Origin: a virus
Lineage: Duplodnaviria > Caudoviricetes
Strand: one strand, 5' to 3'
Length of the DNA stretch: 55,498 bases
Virus record (IMG/VR): IMGVR_UViG_3300025889_000149
Span: 1 to 55,498 of that record
Shown piece by piece: positions 1 to 9,427 of this stretch. Position 1 is the first letter of the stretch; each line of letters begins with the position of its first letter. Under the pieces are notes generated by a model. It searched no databases. It saw only the letters and a list, made by a program, of their open reading frames with translations, and had not been told where the DNA came from. The position numbers were made by a program, and so were the translations under genes.

Positions 1-1
1 T

Positions 2-1213
2 GAATCTATTGTAAGACTTAGAGGAATAATAAGATCAATAGTAAATACAGTATCAATAGTAGAAACAGTATCCAGATTAAGAATACTATCCAGAGTAATC
101 ACTGATACAGTACAATCTGTAGAATCAGTTGTAAGATTAAGAACACTTGCAAGAATAATTGATGAATCAGTATCAGTACAATCATTTAGAGACAGAGCAA
201 GACAGTTAATAAGAATAATAAATGAAACAATAGAGATTACACAAACATTTGGTAAGAAATGGTCAAGATCATTTACAGAATCAGTATCAATTAATGATGC
301 AAATGTTAGATTGCTTGTATTAATCAGATCATTATCTGACACAGTTAACATAAACGAATCAGTATCAAGGTTGAGAGGTATAGTTAGAGTGATACAAAAC
401 ACTGTAAACCTAGAAGAAACTGTATCAAGACTAAGAGGTATAGTTAGAACTGTATCTGATATTGTTAATATCTCAGATGCATTTGATTGGTATAGAAATA
501 TTACAAGATCAATTACTGAAAGTATATCAGTACAATCATTCAGAGATAGAGCAAGAGAGTTAATAAGAATAATAAATGATACCATAGAAGTATCTCAAGC
601 ATTTGGTAAGAAGTGGTCTAGGTCATTTAGTGAGACTGTAAACATATCCACAACTGCCAACTTTAATAGAACGATACAAAGAGTGGTATCTGAAACTGTC
701 TCTGCAATAGAATCAATCATCAGAATTAGAGGAATAAGAAGAATCATATCTGACACAGTAAACCTATCAGAGATTACTCCAAGACTCAGAGGATTGAATA
801 GAACAATATCTGACACTGTTAACATATCCACAGTGGCAAATACCATAAGAGGCAGAATAAAGGCAGTTAATGAGACAGTATCAGTTCAGGCTTTCAGAAA
901 CAAGTTTAAGGTTATCATAAGAGTATTAACAGAAACATTAGATGTTGAAGAAGTATTGGTCAGATTCTTTGTAATTACAAAAGTCATAGATGAGACACTT
1001 GAAGTAGGATTCCAATTCATCAAACTATTGCGTGACGGTGCTGTAAGAATAAGAAGAAATATAAAAATCAACAGAAAAACCATGGAACAGAAAATATTTA
1101 ATAAAAATCAAACGAGTAAAACATCAGAAAAAGGCACAAGTAACATTGATGATAAGAATAAAGACGTTAAAATTTATAAAAGAGATGGTAATATAAAAGG
1201 TGAAGATAGATGA
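2..1213 (+). CDS. 5'-truncated repeat protein with ~20-aa Arg/Ile/Val/Ser/Thr repeats, probable tail/fibre structural protein
   Basis: Frame of ORF 311..1213 is open back to base 2 (ESIVRLRGIIRSIVNTV...); repeats like RLRGIVRTVSDTVNISE; lies upstream of a BppU-like gene. Confidence 0.7.
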   Translation, partial: ESIVRLRGIIRSIVNTVSIVETVSRLRILSRVITDTVQSVESVVRLRTLARIIDESVSVQSFRDRARQLIRIINETIEITQTFGKKWSRSFTESVSINDANVRLLVLIRSLSDTVNINESVSRLRGIVRVIQNTVNLEETVSRLRGIVRTVSDIVNISDAFDWYRNITRSITESISVQSFRDRARELIRIINDTIEVSQAFGKKWSRSFSETVNISTTANFNRTIQRVVSETVSAIESIIRIRGIRRIISDTVNLSEITPRLRGLNRTISDTVNISTVANTIRGRIKAVNETVSVQAFRNKFKVIIRVLTETLDVEEVLVRFFVITKVIDETLEVGFQFIKLLRDGAVRIRRNIKINRKTMEQKIFNKNQTSKTSEKGTSNIDDKNKDVKIYKRDGNIKGEDR

Positions 1214-1563
1214 GTGTAAACATGAATAGACGTAATGTTATATTTACAACAAAAGTTGGAAGTAGATCCACATTAGAATTAACAATAAAAAACAGTGATG
1301 GTACTGTCAAAAATCTTACAAATGATACAACTTACGCTACTGGTAAATGGAAAGTATGGAAGCCTGATGGCACTCTTATTATAGATGGAACTATTACATT
1401 CTCAGATAGAGAAAATGGTATAGTAACATACACCTTATCTGAAAGTGATACAGCCTCAGCCAATGCAGGCGTGTGGACTGGAGAGGTAGAAATCAAAGAT
1501 ACTTCAGGCACGATCTCAGAACAAACGCAATCTTTTAATTTTACTATTGAGGAAAGTTATTAA
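1210..1563 (+). CDS. BppU N-terminal-like (baseplate/fibre adaptor) domain protein
   Basis: Pattern LELTIKNSDG..NLT..WKPDGT...GIVTYTLSESDT...AGVWTGEVEI resembles BppU_N Ig-like domains; ATGA overlap with upstream gene. Confidence 0.6.
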   Translation: MSVNMNRRNVIFTTKVGSRSTLELTIKNSDGTVKNLTNDTTYATGKWKVWKPDGTLIIDGTITFSDRENGIVTYTLSESDTASANAGVWTGEVEIKDTSGTISEQTQSFNFTIEESY

Positions 1564-1709
1564 TGGCAGATATAGTTTTTGTAGCATCAGGTGCTTGTGC
1601 TGAATGTGGTCATTCACAAGAAGCACATGATACTAATCTTGGATGTATAGCACCTAGTGATGAAGATTCAAATGAACCATGTCAGTGCCAAAATATAGGT
1701 AATTATTAA
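1563..1709 (+). CDS. 48-aa Cys/His zinc-binding microprotein (not in ORF track)
   Basis: MADIVFVASGACAECGHSQEAH...GC...CQC; TAATG coupling to upstream gene. Confidence 0.6.
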   Translation: MADIVFVASGACAECGHSQEAHDTNLGCIAPSDEDSNEPCQCQNIGNY

Positions 1710-2413
1710 TTATAATCTCTATCACTAGCAAAGTGTAACCATTTTTTCAATATATTTAATCTGTTATCATCTAATACTCTACTACCAGCTTTTGCTCTGG
1801 CTCTAATAATATCATTATCACTTAGATGTTCTTTCATTTTATCATAGTTACTACTCATTATATTATTAGCATTAATATCATGTGGTAATCCAAATATACC
1901 ATGACCAAACTCATGTCTTAATACTTGATCTAAATCCCATGTACTACCTTTCACTCTATCTTGTGGCTCTGGATAATTCACTGGATCTATCTTATGCATG
2001 TCTATTCCTTTACCATGATTAGTCCAATAGTATCTAGTGTTAATTACACATTGTCCATTATTTTTACCACCTAAAGGATAATACATGTATGCTAATGTGT
2101 TAGGTGTAAGTATCTCATCTTCATCTTCTGATCTAAATTCTATTCTAATATCTCCATTCTCTGCTACTTTCTTAAATGTAATTGGTACATAGAGTGACCA
2201 TTCTTTTAACGCAAATTTAACAGCTCTATCAACTGCTCTGTCAGAAATTTCTCCATCTCTGTTAGTAATACTGAAAGTTAGTATACCATTTTTTGGTTGT
2301 AGAAATCCAAAGTTTTTATCTCCATCTATCATATTTTTTTGGTCTTGTGTTACAGATGCAAATTCTGCTTTACCATTATTCCATGCTATCATTCTACAAA
2401 TCATGCTTGGCAT
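1706..2413 (-). CDS. Matrixin/M10-like zinc metalloprotease
   Basis: HEFGHGIFGLPH zinc motif, Met-turn NIMS, upstream ALKEWS...ITFKKV...GDIRIEF...TLAYMYYP. Confidence 0.85.
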   Translation of the reverse strand: MPSMICRMIAWNNGKAEFASVTQDQKNMIDGDKNFGFLQPKNGILTFSITNRDGEISDRAVDRAVKFALKEWSLYVPITFKKVAENGDIRIEFRSEDEDEILTPNTLAYMYYPLGGKNNGQCVINTRYYWTNHGKGIDMHKIDPVNYPEPQDRVKGSTWDLDQVLRHEFGHGIFGLPHDINANNIMSSNYDKMKEHLSDNDIIRARAKAGSRVLDDNRLNILKKWLHFASDRDYN

Positions 2414-2446
2414 AACGTTTATAAGACATGTTAGTTATTAAATATT

Positions 2447-3217
2447 ATGTTAAAATTAGCAGATATTACAAACGAAATATACTTTGCTTTCAGAAAAGCA
2501 CAAGTAGAAGCCATGAAGACTGAGAGGCTTGGTGTCATACATGTCAGTGATATTATCAAACCATGTATGAGAAACGTCATATATAAAAAGACTTTACCTG
2601 AGACTGGTATGAATACTGAAGATATGAGATCATTATATTTTGGTCAAGCAATACATTCAGCATCTATGGTAGCAAAGCCAGAGTTTCATGAAATGTTTCT
2701 AGCCTATGATTATGTCAGGGATGAACCATTAACAAGGGAAGAAGCATTAAAAATACCAGTAGATGATCCAAAACATCTGGATATTATCTATGGATCTATA
2801 GACGATTTAATGGAGATAGATGGTAAATACATTATATGTGATAAGAAAACTACTGGTTCTATTGGATATTTTAGCAAGGCTACATCCAAACCTAGTGAAT
2901 CACACGTAGATCAAATCAACAGATACAGAGTATTATTGAAAAAATGCTATGATATTGATGCTGAATTTGGATGTGTAATATACATATCAAATGCAGTAGA
3001 CAAGGAATCAAGGGATAAACCCTCATGCCTACCATTCAAACTAGCACCAATAGAGGAAACTCTAGAGGATATGATAGTAAAATCCAGACAAATAAAGGAA
3101 TCATTAACAGAAAAGACACTGCCACCTAGAGTAAAAAACTACCTATGTGATGGTTTCTGTCCATTTGCCACTATGTGTTTCGAAGACAATAGGGAGAAAT
3201 GGGATGATCTACCCTAG
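2447..3217 (+). CDS. Cas4-like PD-(D/E)xK exonuclease (solo viral Cas4)
   Basis: N-terminal Cys (PCMR), GxAIH, GSIDD...DKKT, QINRY, C-terminal CDGFCPFATMC Fe-S ligands. Confidence 0.8.
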   Translation: MLKLADITNEIYFAFRKAQVEAMKTERLGVIHVSDIIKPCMRNVIYKKTLPETGMNTEDMRSLYFGQAIHSASMVAKPEFHEMFLAYDYVRDEPLTREEALKIPVDDPKHLDIIYGSIDDLMEIDGKYIICDKKTTGSIGYFSKATSKPSESHVDQINRYRVLLKKCYDIDAEFGCVIYISNAVDKESRDKPSCLPFKLAPIEETLEDMIVKSRQIKESLTEKTLPPRVKNYLCDGFCPFATMCFEDNREKWDDLP

Positions 3218-3311
3218 TTGTAAACAGGGAGACCATTTCAAATGTCCAATACAATATGGTAACATGCCAAAATGTGTATGCACATGTCATAAAATTATTG
3301 GTGCTGGATGA
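3204..3311 (+). CDS. 35-aa Cys/His-rich microprotein (not in ORF track)
   Basis: MIYPSCKQGDHFKC...KCVCTCH; fills the gap, ATGA overlap with next gene. Confidence 0.55.
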   Translation: MIYPSCKQGDHFKCPIQYGNMPKCVCTCHKIIGAG

Positions 3312-4075
3312 AGATCTATTTTAACGCTAACAATAAAGCACATTTAGAGGCTCTATCAGAATGTGGTGTTAGGAATGTTATGTTATCATTCAAGTATTCT
3401 TATGCTAACATTACAAAATTTAGAGATAAGTTTGATAGTATATTTGTAGTGGCTGGTACTGGTACAGAGCCAGATAGGTATCATGATTTACTGATAAAAC
3501 ATAAAGAGAGTTATGACTATGCTACACAATTTGATGTGTTTTATAATATGGAAGAGACTATGAAACATCTAAAAAAAGAAAGAGAGATGGGTATAGACTG
3601 GACACTACCAGTATTACAGGGTAACTATCTTAATCATTTATCAATGCTTAGACCTAACAAAGATGATTACTTATGTCTAGGAGAAATACATGGTAAACTA
3701 GAAACAGAAGATCAGATGAGAAAACTACCACCATTAAAATATCATGGACTTGCAAAAGGTAAATACATATCAAAGAGTAGAATGTTTGAAAGTCTAGACA
3801 CATCAGCATGGATCTCAGGTGCTATGTCAAAGAAGACAGAAGTATGGAACGCTGGCTCTACAACATCAATGATGTTTGGAGATAAAGGTAAGAGTATGAT
3901 TCCAATGTTACGACACAGTTGTGAAGTTCATAAAGAACATCTAGAAAAAATAAAAGTAAAAGCAGAAGATGTTGTTAACGCAGAATACTATTCATTATTA
4001 AGAGCACCACTAGCTTTACTCTTTATGCCAATGTGTAAACATTTAAATATCTACGAGCAAAACTTTAAATACTAA
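3308..4075 (+). CDS. TGT-fold (DpdA-like) transglycosylase homologue
   Basis: MLSF, QFDV, LPVLQG, LCLG, YHGLA, SLDTSAW in the order seen in TGT/DpdA-like barrels; the DSG motif appears replaced by VAG. Confidence 0.5.
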   Translation: MKIYFNANNKAHLEALSECGVRNVMLSFKYSYANITKFRDKFDSIFVVAGTGTEPDRYHDLLIKHKESYDYATQFDVFYNMEETMKHLKKEREMGIDWTLPVLQGNYLNHLSMLRPNKDDYLCLGEIHGKLETEDQMRKLPPLKYHGLAKGKYISKSRMFESLDTSAWISGAMSKKTEVWNAGSTTSMMFGDKGKSMIPMLRHSCEVHKEHLEKIKVKAEDVVNAEYYSLLRAPLALLFMPMCKHLNIYEQNFKY

Positions 4076-4093
4076 CTATATAACTGTTATATA

Positions 4094-4645
4094 ATGGATG
4101 AAGATAAAGAAATTTTTAAAATTAAATCTGTAAATGGTAACTTTGTTGTTAAGGAAGATAAAAGAAAAACAATATCTCCGTTTAATTCTGCTAAACATTT
4201 CAAGGATGCAAACATACCAGCATTATGTGATCAGTGCATATACCGTAGTATAGAAGAGGGTGGTAATGGCAAGTGTCCAAAGTATGAGAAAGGTGCAGTG
4301 TGTGCTATACGAGAAGATTTTGTTAAACTATTAAATTCAATGGACACTAGACAGCCTGAAGATGTCAAAGACATGTTAGACCTAATAGCAAAACTATCTA
4401 TGGAGAATGTATTAATGGCTTTAACTCAGGCAAAGTTTGACGGTAATGTACCTGATAGGAATACAAAGTCAGAAATCAATACTCTACTTAATGTTATTAA
4501 AGCAATTAACGATCTGAACGGTAAGATTGTACTCACAGAGAAAACCGAATTCGGTAAGACTGGAGATATATCTAGTATATTCAGACAGATAAAAGCACAG
4601 AAATCGGTGTCAGATAATGCCAAGAACGACGAACGAACAGATTAA
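4094..4645 (+). CDS. Probable terminase small subunit with Cys4 zinc site
   Basis: Overlaps 5' end of TerL; CDQC...C...C then helical region; TATA box at 4064-4071. Confidence 0.45.
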   Translation: MDEDKEIFKIKSVNGNFVVKEDKRKTISPFNSAKHFKDANIPALCDQCIYRSIEEGGNGKCPKYEKGAVCAIREDFVKLLNSMDTRQPEDVKDMLDLIAKLSMENVLMALTQAKFDGNVPDRNTKSEINTLLNVIKAINDLNGKIVLTEKTEFGKTGDISSIFRQIKAQKSVSDNAKNDERTD

Positions 4646-5999
4646 AGAACGTCAGGAATTCGTAGAGACTATCACTGATTGTGCTCAGTCTCCTAGTAAA
4701 TTCGCTGAGGTATTTCTTGACCATAAAGTATTCGATTATAACAAAAAATATGTAGATTGTAAAGATAGATTCATAGTATACCGTAGTGGTAGACAGGTAG
4801 GTAAAACAACATCAACAGCATGTAAGGCAATACACTTTGCTTTCTTTGCACCTATCATGTTAGAAACAGTAAAGAAAGAATGTACTATTATCATAGCATC
4901 TCCTACACAAAACCAGTCTACTATCATGTTCGATAAAATTAGAAGTATGATTGTAGACAATGAATTTCTTAAAGGGTATGTAATAAAAAATACACAGACA
5001 GAAATGTGGGTATCATTTTTAGATGGCACTGGTATGTCTAAAATAATTACAAGAGCTACTGGAGAAACTGGTGTGGGTCTTAGAGGTTATTCTCCACATG
5101 TAATTATTGCTGACGAATGTTCTTTCATTAAGACAGATATACTCAAGGCTTTCCTACCATCAGGTATGGCTACATCAGCCAGAGTATGGTTAACATCTAC
5201 ACCATTTTCTAAAGCTGGTTATTTCTATGAAGCATGTATGAACGCAAAGCCTAAAGTTCCAGATGGTCTATGGACAGAGTTTCATGTAAAATCAACAGAC
5301 AACCCATTGATTCAAAAAGATCCATCATTCATAGAGGAGATTAAAAGATTAACAAGGGAAGAATACATACAAGAAGTTGATGGAGAGTTCCTAGATATTG
5401 GTAATACATTATTCCCACATTCATTACTAATGGAAGCAGTAGCAGACTATGAACCAAAGGGAAAAGTAAGATACTATATGGGATGTGATGTAGCAAGAAC
5501 TGGTAGAGATGAAACAGTATACACTATAGTAGGTGTTGATGATAACGATGTTGTATTTGTTGTAGAAATAGATAATGAATCACAATCTAATGTAGTTCAG
5601 GTAGCTGGAAGAGTAAAAGAATATGTTGATAAGTATAGGATAGAGACAGTGTTTGTAGATGAGACTGGTCTTGGTGGTGGTCTTGTAGACTTGGCTAGAG
5701 AACAAGGATCTCCAGTAAGAGGTGTCATGTTTACCCTACAAGAAAAGGCAAAGATGTATGGAGACCTAAGAATGTTATTTGAAAACCATAGAATTAAACT
5801 AAGAGATGCTGGTAAGATGATTAGACAGTTATCATATCTGCGAAGAGAGTATACAGAGACTGGTATAATGAAAATCAAATCAGATGAACATGACGACTAT
5901 CCAGATAGTCTAGTATTAGCATGTAAGGCTGTGGCTGGTGGAGACAGTTGGCACGTTATGGATATGTCTAAGAAGTTACAAAAGGCATTATTCGGCTAA
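4617..5999 (+). CDS. terL: Terminase large subunit
   Basis: Walker A SGRQVGKT, Walker B IIADE, LTSTP, RNase H-like nuclease GCDVA...VDETGLG...HDDYPDSL. Confidence 0.95.
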   Translation: MPRTTNEQIKERQEFVETITDCAQSPSKFAEVFLDHKVFDYNKKYVDCKDRFIVYRSGRQVGKTTSTACKAIHFAFFAPIMLETVKKECTIIIASPTQNQSTIMFDKIRSMIVDNEFLKGYVIKNTQTEMWVSFLDGTGMSKIITRATGETGVGLRGYSPHVIIADECSFIKTDILKAFLPSGMATSARVWLTSTPFSKAGYFYEACMNAKPKVPDGLWTEFHVKSTDNPLIQKDPSFIEEIKRLTREEYIQEVDGEFLDIGNTLFPHSLLMEAVADYEPKGKVRYYMGCDVARTGRDETVYTIVGVDDNDVVFVVEIDNESQSNVVQVAGRVKEYVDKYRIETVFVDETGLGGGLVDLAREQGSPVRGVMFTLQEKAKMYGDLRMLFENHRIKLRDAGKMIRQLSYLRREYTETGIMKIKSDEHDDYPDSLVLACKAVAGGDSWHVMDMSKKLQKALFG

Positions 6000-6032
6000 A
6001 AAACTTAAATAGTTATACGCCTTTATTTATAT

Positions 6033-6377
6033 ATGCCTGAAGAAAAGTCCATGAAAGAGGAAGAAGACTTGGAAGAAATGACTGACGACAAGTTAGAAGA
6101 GGTAGAGAAACTAAAAGCATGGGAATTATGGCTAAACGAACGTCAATCTCCCTTATGGAATAGAATAATTAACAAAGATTTGAGTGTTATACCAATCAAA
6201 TTTCAAGAAATTATCAAATATACAACCAATGCTGGCGATGCTAGATTCGGAAATCAGCATGAATCTGGACAAAAAGCCAGTGATATTATAGACGATAAGC
6301 AAATTTATATAGGAAAACCATCAGATAAAGGTAAGGAGAAAGAAAAGGAGAAAAAAGAAAATGACGATGAACAATGA
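6033..6377 (+). CDS. Hypothetical charged protein
   Basis: ORF with TATA (6004-6011) 22 nt upstream. Confidence 0.7.
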   Translation: MPEEKSMKEEEDLEEMTDDKLEEVEKLKAWELWLNERQSPLWNRIINKDLSVIPIKFQEIIKYTTNAGDARFGNQHESGQKASDIIDDKQIYIGKPSDKGKEKEKEKKENDDEQ

Positions 6378-6945
6378 TACATACAGATTAAACAAACTAC
6401 AACATACAAAAGTAGGAGATAATATAGATTACTTTGTAAACGGTGTTCAAAAAAGTGGCACTGTAGTTAAAATGAACGGTGGTTACATTACAGTATTTAA
6501 AGACGATAGATACAATACAATCAAAGTAGATGATACTTTCTTCGTTAAAGACATTATTGCTAAACAAAAATCATGGAACGATATGACTATGGGAGAAAGA
6601 GGCGAAGTATTAGTAGCCATTAAAGCATACTCTCCAAGATACTTACAAAAAACTTGGGAACAATTACCAAAAGAATTACAAGATGTAATTAAATCAGGTG
6701 TAGAACAAGGTGCTTATGGTAACGTAGGTGGAAGACCATTCATGGGTGTATCTACTCAATTTGATATGGATGCAGACAAAGACTATGAGGGTGCAACACA
6801 TACAGATTTCAGTGAACAATTTAAACACGAACATCAAAAACCCAAAGTAACTCACGAGGGTCATGATACTAAAAAAGATGCCATGACTACTGCTGATGGT
6901 GTCAATCCAGTCGCAAACAATAAAAAGGAGAAAAGGAGATATTAG
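6361..6945 (+). CDS. Hypothetical protein, possible SH3-like N-terminal barrel
   Basis: KVGDNIDYFVNGVQKSGTVVKMNGGYITV pattern; overlaps upstream gene. Confidence 0.6.
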   Translation: MTMNNDTYRLNKLQHTKVGDNIDYFVNGVQKSGTVVKMNGGYITVFKDDRYNTIKVDDTFFVKDIIAKQKSWNDMTMGERGEVLVAIKAYSPRYLQKTWEQLPKELQDVIKSGVEQGAYGNVGGRPFMGVSTQFDMDADKDYEGATHTDFSEQFKHEHQKPKVTHEGHDTKKDAMTTADGVNPVANNKKEKRRY

Positions 6946-6947
6946 GC

Positions 6948-8021
6948 ATGGTAGAAGATACTAGAGATACTTATGGTATTAAATATATTAGAAAAGCAGA
7001 TGAGAAAAAAGACGAACCAGCTAAAGCAGATGCAAACACTAAATATTATTTAAACACTGGTGCTGGTGGTGTAGGTGGAAGAGGTAAACAAGTATCACAA
7101 GAAACTTATCATAATGTAGAACATCTAGGTGGAAAAACAGAAAGAGTAGGAGATCAAGATATTAGTACAAACGCACCAATCGTATCAACAATAGATAGAA
7201 AAGGATCATCTATTGGTCAGAAAAAAATAGGAGAAAAGAAACAAGTTAAAACACAATTAGGTGCTAGTGGTAGAGGTGGTGCTAGAGCAGGCACTGGTGG
7301 TGGACAAGCTAAAGTTGAACAAGCAAAACGACAAAGACTTACAGTTTCTCCAGCACCTAAAGTAGATGATGATGAGGGTGGAGATAAAGCAAAATCATTA
7401 GCAGAGACAGTATATTATAATAACTTAATCATTAAAGGTATGGATAGCGTTAGTGCTAGATTAAAAACAATAAATTTTTTTTTAGACAAAATTAATGTAA
7501 GTCAATATCCTACAAGAAAAGTTCCAAAATTTTTACCTAGTGGAGAATTAAATCCAAACTGGCATGAGGGTGCAACTGAACCAAATCCAGATTACAGACC
7601 ACCAAAAGGAGAAAGAGAAAGTGGTAAAGGATCTATTGAAAATGAAGAGGGAAGTGGTCAAGTAGGTAGAGGTGCTAGTGATACATTAGATAGAAATGCA
7701 AGTAGAAGAAATTTAGAACAAATGGCTTATGCTAAAGAACAAGCAAAACAGGGTATAACAACAGCAGAACAAGCATCAGCACATGCAAAAGAGATTAAAG
7801 TAACAGAACCAAAAGCAAGAGATGAAGTTACTGAACAAAAACCTAAACAGAGTGAATCTGGCAGAGGTACTGCTAGTGCTACCAGTAAATTTGGTATTAA
7901 TGCTCGTGGTAATATAGGTAGTGGTAAAGTTAATGATAGAAGATTTTATAGTGGAGATTCTACTGGTAAAAGTAGATATAGAAAAACATCAGGATCAAAT
8001 TCAAATAACAACACTGCATAA
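6948..8021 (+). CDS. Gly/Lys/Arg-rich, probably disordered protein (possible internal virion protein)
   Basis: 357-aa ORF with low-complexity G/K/R/S composition. Confidence 0.65.
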   Translation: MVEDTRDTYGIKYIRKADEKKDEPAKADANTKYYLNTGAGGVGGRGKQVSQETYHNVEHLGGKTERVGDQDISTNAPIVSTIDRKGSSIGQKKIGEKKQVKTQLGASGRGGARAGTGGGQAKVEQAKRQRLTVSPAPKVDDDEGGDKAKSLAETVYYNNLIIKGMDSVSARLKTINFFLDKINVSQYPTRKVPKFLPSGELNPNWHEGATEPNPDYRPPKGERESGKGSIENEEGSGQVGRGASDTLDRNASRRNLEQMAYAKEQAKQGITTAEQASAHAKEIKVTEPKARDEVTEQKPKQSESGRGTASATSKFGINARGNIGSGKVNDRRFYSGDSTGKSRYRKTSGSNSNNNTA

Positions 8022-8053
8022 CCCTTATATAATAAGTATAAATACTTGTTGGT

Positions 8054-8194
8054 ATGAGAAAAGATGATACTTTTTATTGTGTAGAATGTGGTGCTCAATT
8101 ACCATGGCGTTATAAAGGCAGGCAAAAGATATATTGTTCACAAGGTTGTAGAAAAGCATACACAAAGAAGCAAGATGAAAAAAATATACATTGA
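8054..8194 (+). CDS. 46-aa treble-clef-type zinc finger (not in ORF track)
   Basis: CVECG...YCSQGCR; TATA-like CTTATATA at 8024-8031. Confidence 0.65.
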   Translation: MRKDDTFYCVECGAQLPWRYKGRQKIYCSQGCRKAYTKKQDEKNIH

Positions 8195-8528
8195 CGGTGG
8201 TACTAGATACAACCAAATATGCCTAGTCGATGGAGACAAAGTTATCGTCAAAACTCGATGTTGTAAACTTACTAATAATGAATTAGAATATCTTGCATTA
8301 ATATACGCATTAGAATACTGTAACAATGTTCACTCAAAAGAAAATGTCACAATATATAGTGACTCTATGTTGGTAGTAAAACAAGTCACTGGTAAGTGGA
8401 GAATAACAACAGACAGATTAGAAAGATTACATACTAAGGTCATGAAAAAAATGACTGATAAAATAAAAATAATGTGGATAAGTAGAGATTTTAATCTTGC
8501 TGGACATGTTCTTGAACGGAAGATTTAG
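8175..8528 (+). CDS. rnhA: Ribonuclease HI
   Basis: IYIDGG, TNNELEYLAL, YSDS, WISRDFN; likely start ATG 8175 rather than 8088. Confidence 0.85.
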   Translation: MKKIYIDGGTRYNQICLVDGDKVIVKTRCCKLTNNELEYLALIYALEYCNNVHSKENVTIYSDSMLVVKQVTGKWRITTDRLERLHTKVMKKMTDKIKIMWISRDFNLAGHVLERKI

Positions 8529-8742
8529 TTGGATAAGTAGAATGAATCACTTGGTTTTCATTAGGAACTGAGTTCTTATAATGATCTAATATCCGTTTAA
8601 AGATTACAGCATCGCTCTCATACATATCTCCATTCTTTGTTTTCTTGACCAACTTTGCAAGTTTTCTAAACTCTTCTTTGTCAGTCCATGCTACACTGAT
8701 TGTAGTATGTGAATTGCCAATCTTACGCTTAGCCATATACAT
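8491..8742 (-). CDS. Ribbon-helix-helix-like DNA-binding protein
   Basis: TTISV beta ribbon followed by two predicted helices. Confidence 0.5.
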   Translation of the reverse strand: MYMAKRKIGNSHTTISVAWTDKEEFRKLAKLVKKTKNGDMYESDAVIFKRILDHYKNSVPNENQVIHSTYPTKSSVQEHVQQD

Positions 8743-8808
8743 CTTAAATTTAGGTTATATATAAAACTTTAGGTAATCTTTAAAAGTATAAATGTAATAT
8801 ACTATTGT

Positions 8809-8958
8809 ATGACAGTAGAATGTATTATACCATCATGGTTTGAAACCGTAAATGATTGGTGGTTAGATAATATTATAGATACAGATATGTTTTACAATGC
8901 TCTCAACTGGTTATTAAGAGAGGGCATAGCATCATGTAAAGATGCATTGTTAGCATAG
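8809..8958 (+). CDS. 49-aa stand-alone IPxW..WW..I.D..F..AL.WL...GI domain (not in ORF track)
   Basis: MTVECIIPSWFETVNDWWLDNIIDTDMFYNALNWLLREGI; TATA-like TTTAAAAG ~22 nt upstream. Confidence 0.6.
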   Translation: MTVECIIPSWFETVNDWWLDNIIDTDMFYNALNWLLREGIASCKDALLA

Positions 8959-8988
8959 CTTTAAATAATACTTAGTTCTATAAGAGAT

Positions 8989-9396
8989 ATGGGAATACAA
9001 ATACAAGGAAAGTATTCAGGTAATTGTAAAATCTGTGGTTCATCATGGGCTATTGGAGAATTGGTATGGTATCAGAAAACACCTAAAGCATTATGTGTTA
9101 ATGAAGAATGTTTCATTCAACAAGGTGGTACTAAAGATCAAGGATTCAAACCAGCATTTAGACCAACAGATCCTAGAAGTGTAATCATAACTAATGTTCC
9201 TCAAGTTAAAATTTCTAATGATACTTGTATGATTGCTGATTTATGGAGACAATATTTCAGACAAGCACATGAGTTAACAAAAGAAACATATCCACAGGAA
9301 GATGTAAATACAGATAGATTTGGTATGATTAGACAAACAATATTAAATCAACTAGTAAATCTAGCAGGCGTAATAGTAACTAGAGATAGAGAATAA
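8989..9396 (+). CDS. Hypothetical protein with N-terminal Cys4 zinc site
   Basis: CKIC...CVNEEC; TATA TTTAAATA at 8960. Confidence 0.65.
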   Translation: MGIQIQGKYSGNCKICGSSWAIGELVWYQKTPKALCVNEECFIQQGGTKDQGFKPAFRPTDPRSVIITNVPQVKISNDTCMIADLWRQYFRQAHELTKETYPQEDVNTDRFGMIRQTILNQLVNLAGVIVTRDRE

Positions 9397-9427
9397 GGTT
9401 TAATAAACCCATTTTTTATATATAATT

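Noticed and set aside
595-1083. Antisense ORFs within long genes (here and in terL, mcm, vWA, portal, MCP, TMP)
   Set aside because: Shadow frames of well-supported genes with no independent motifs
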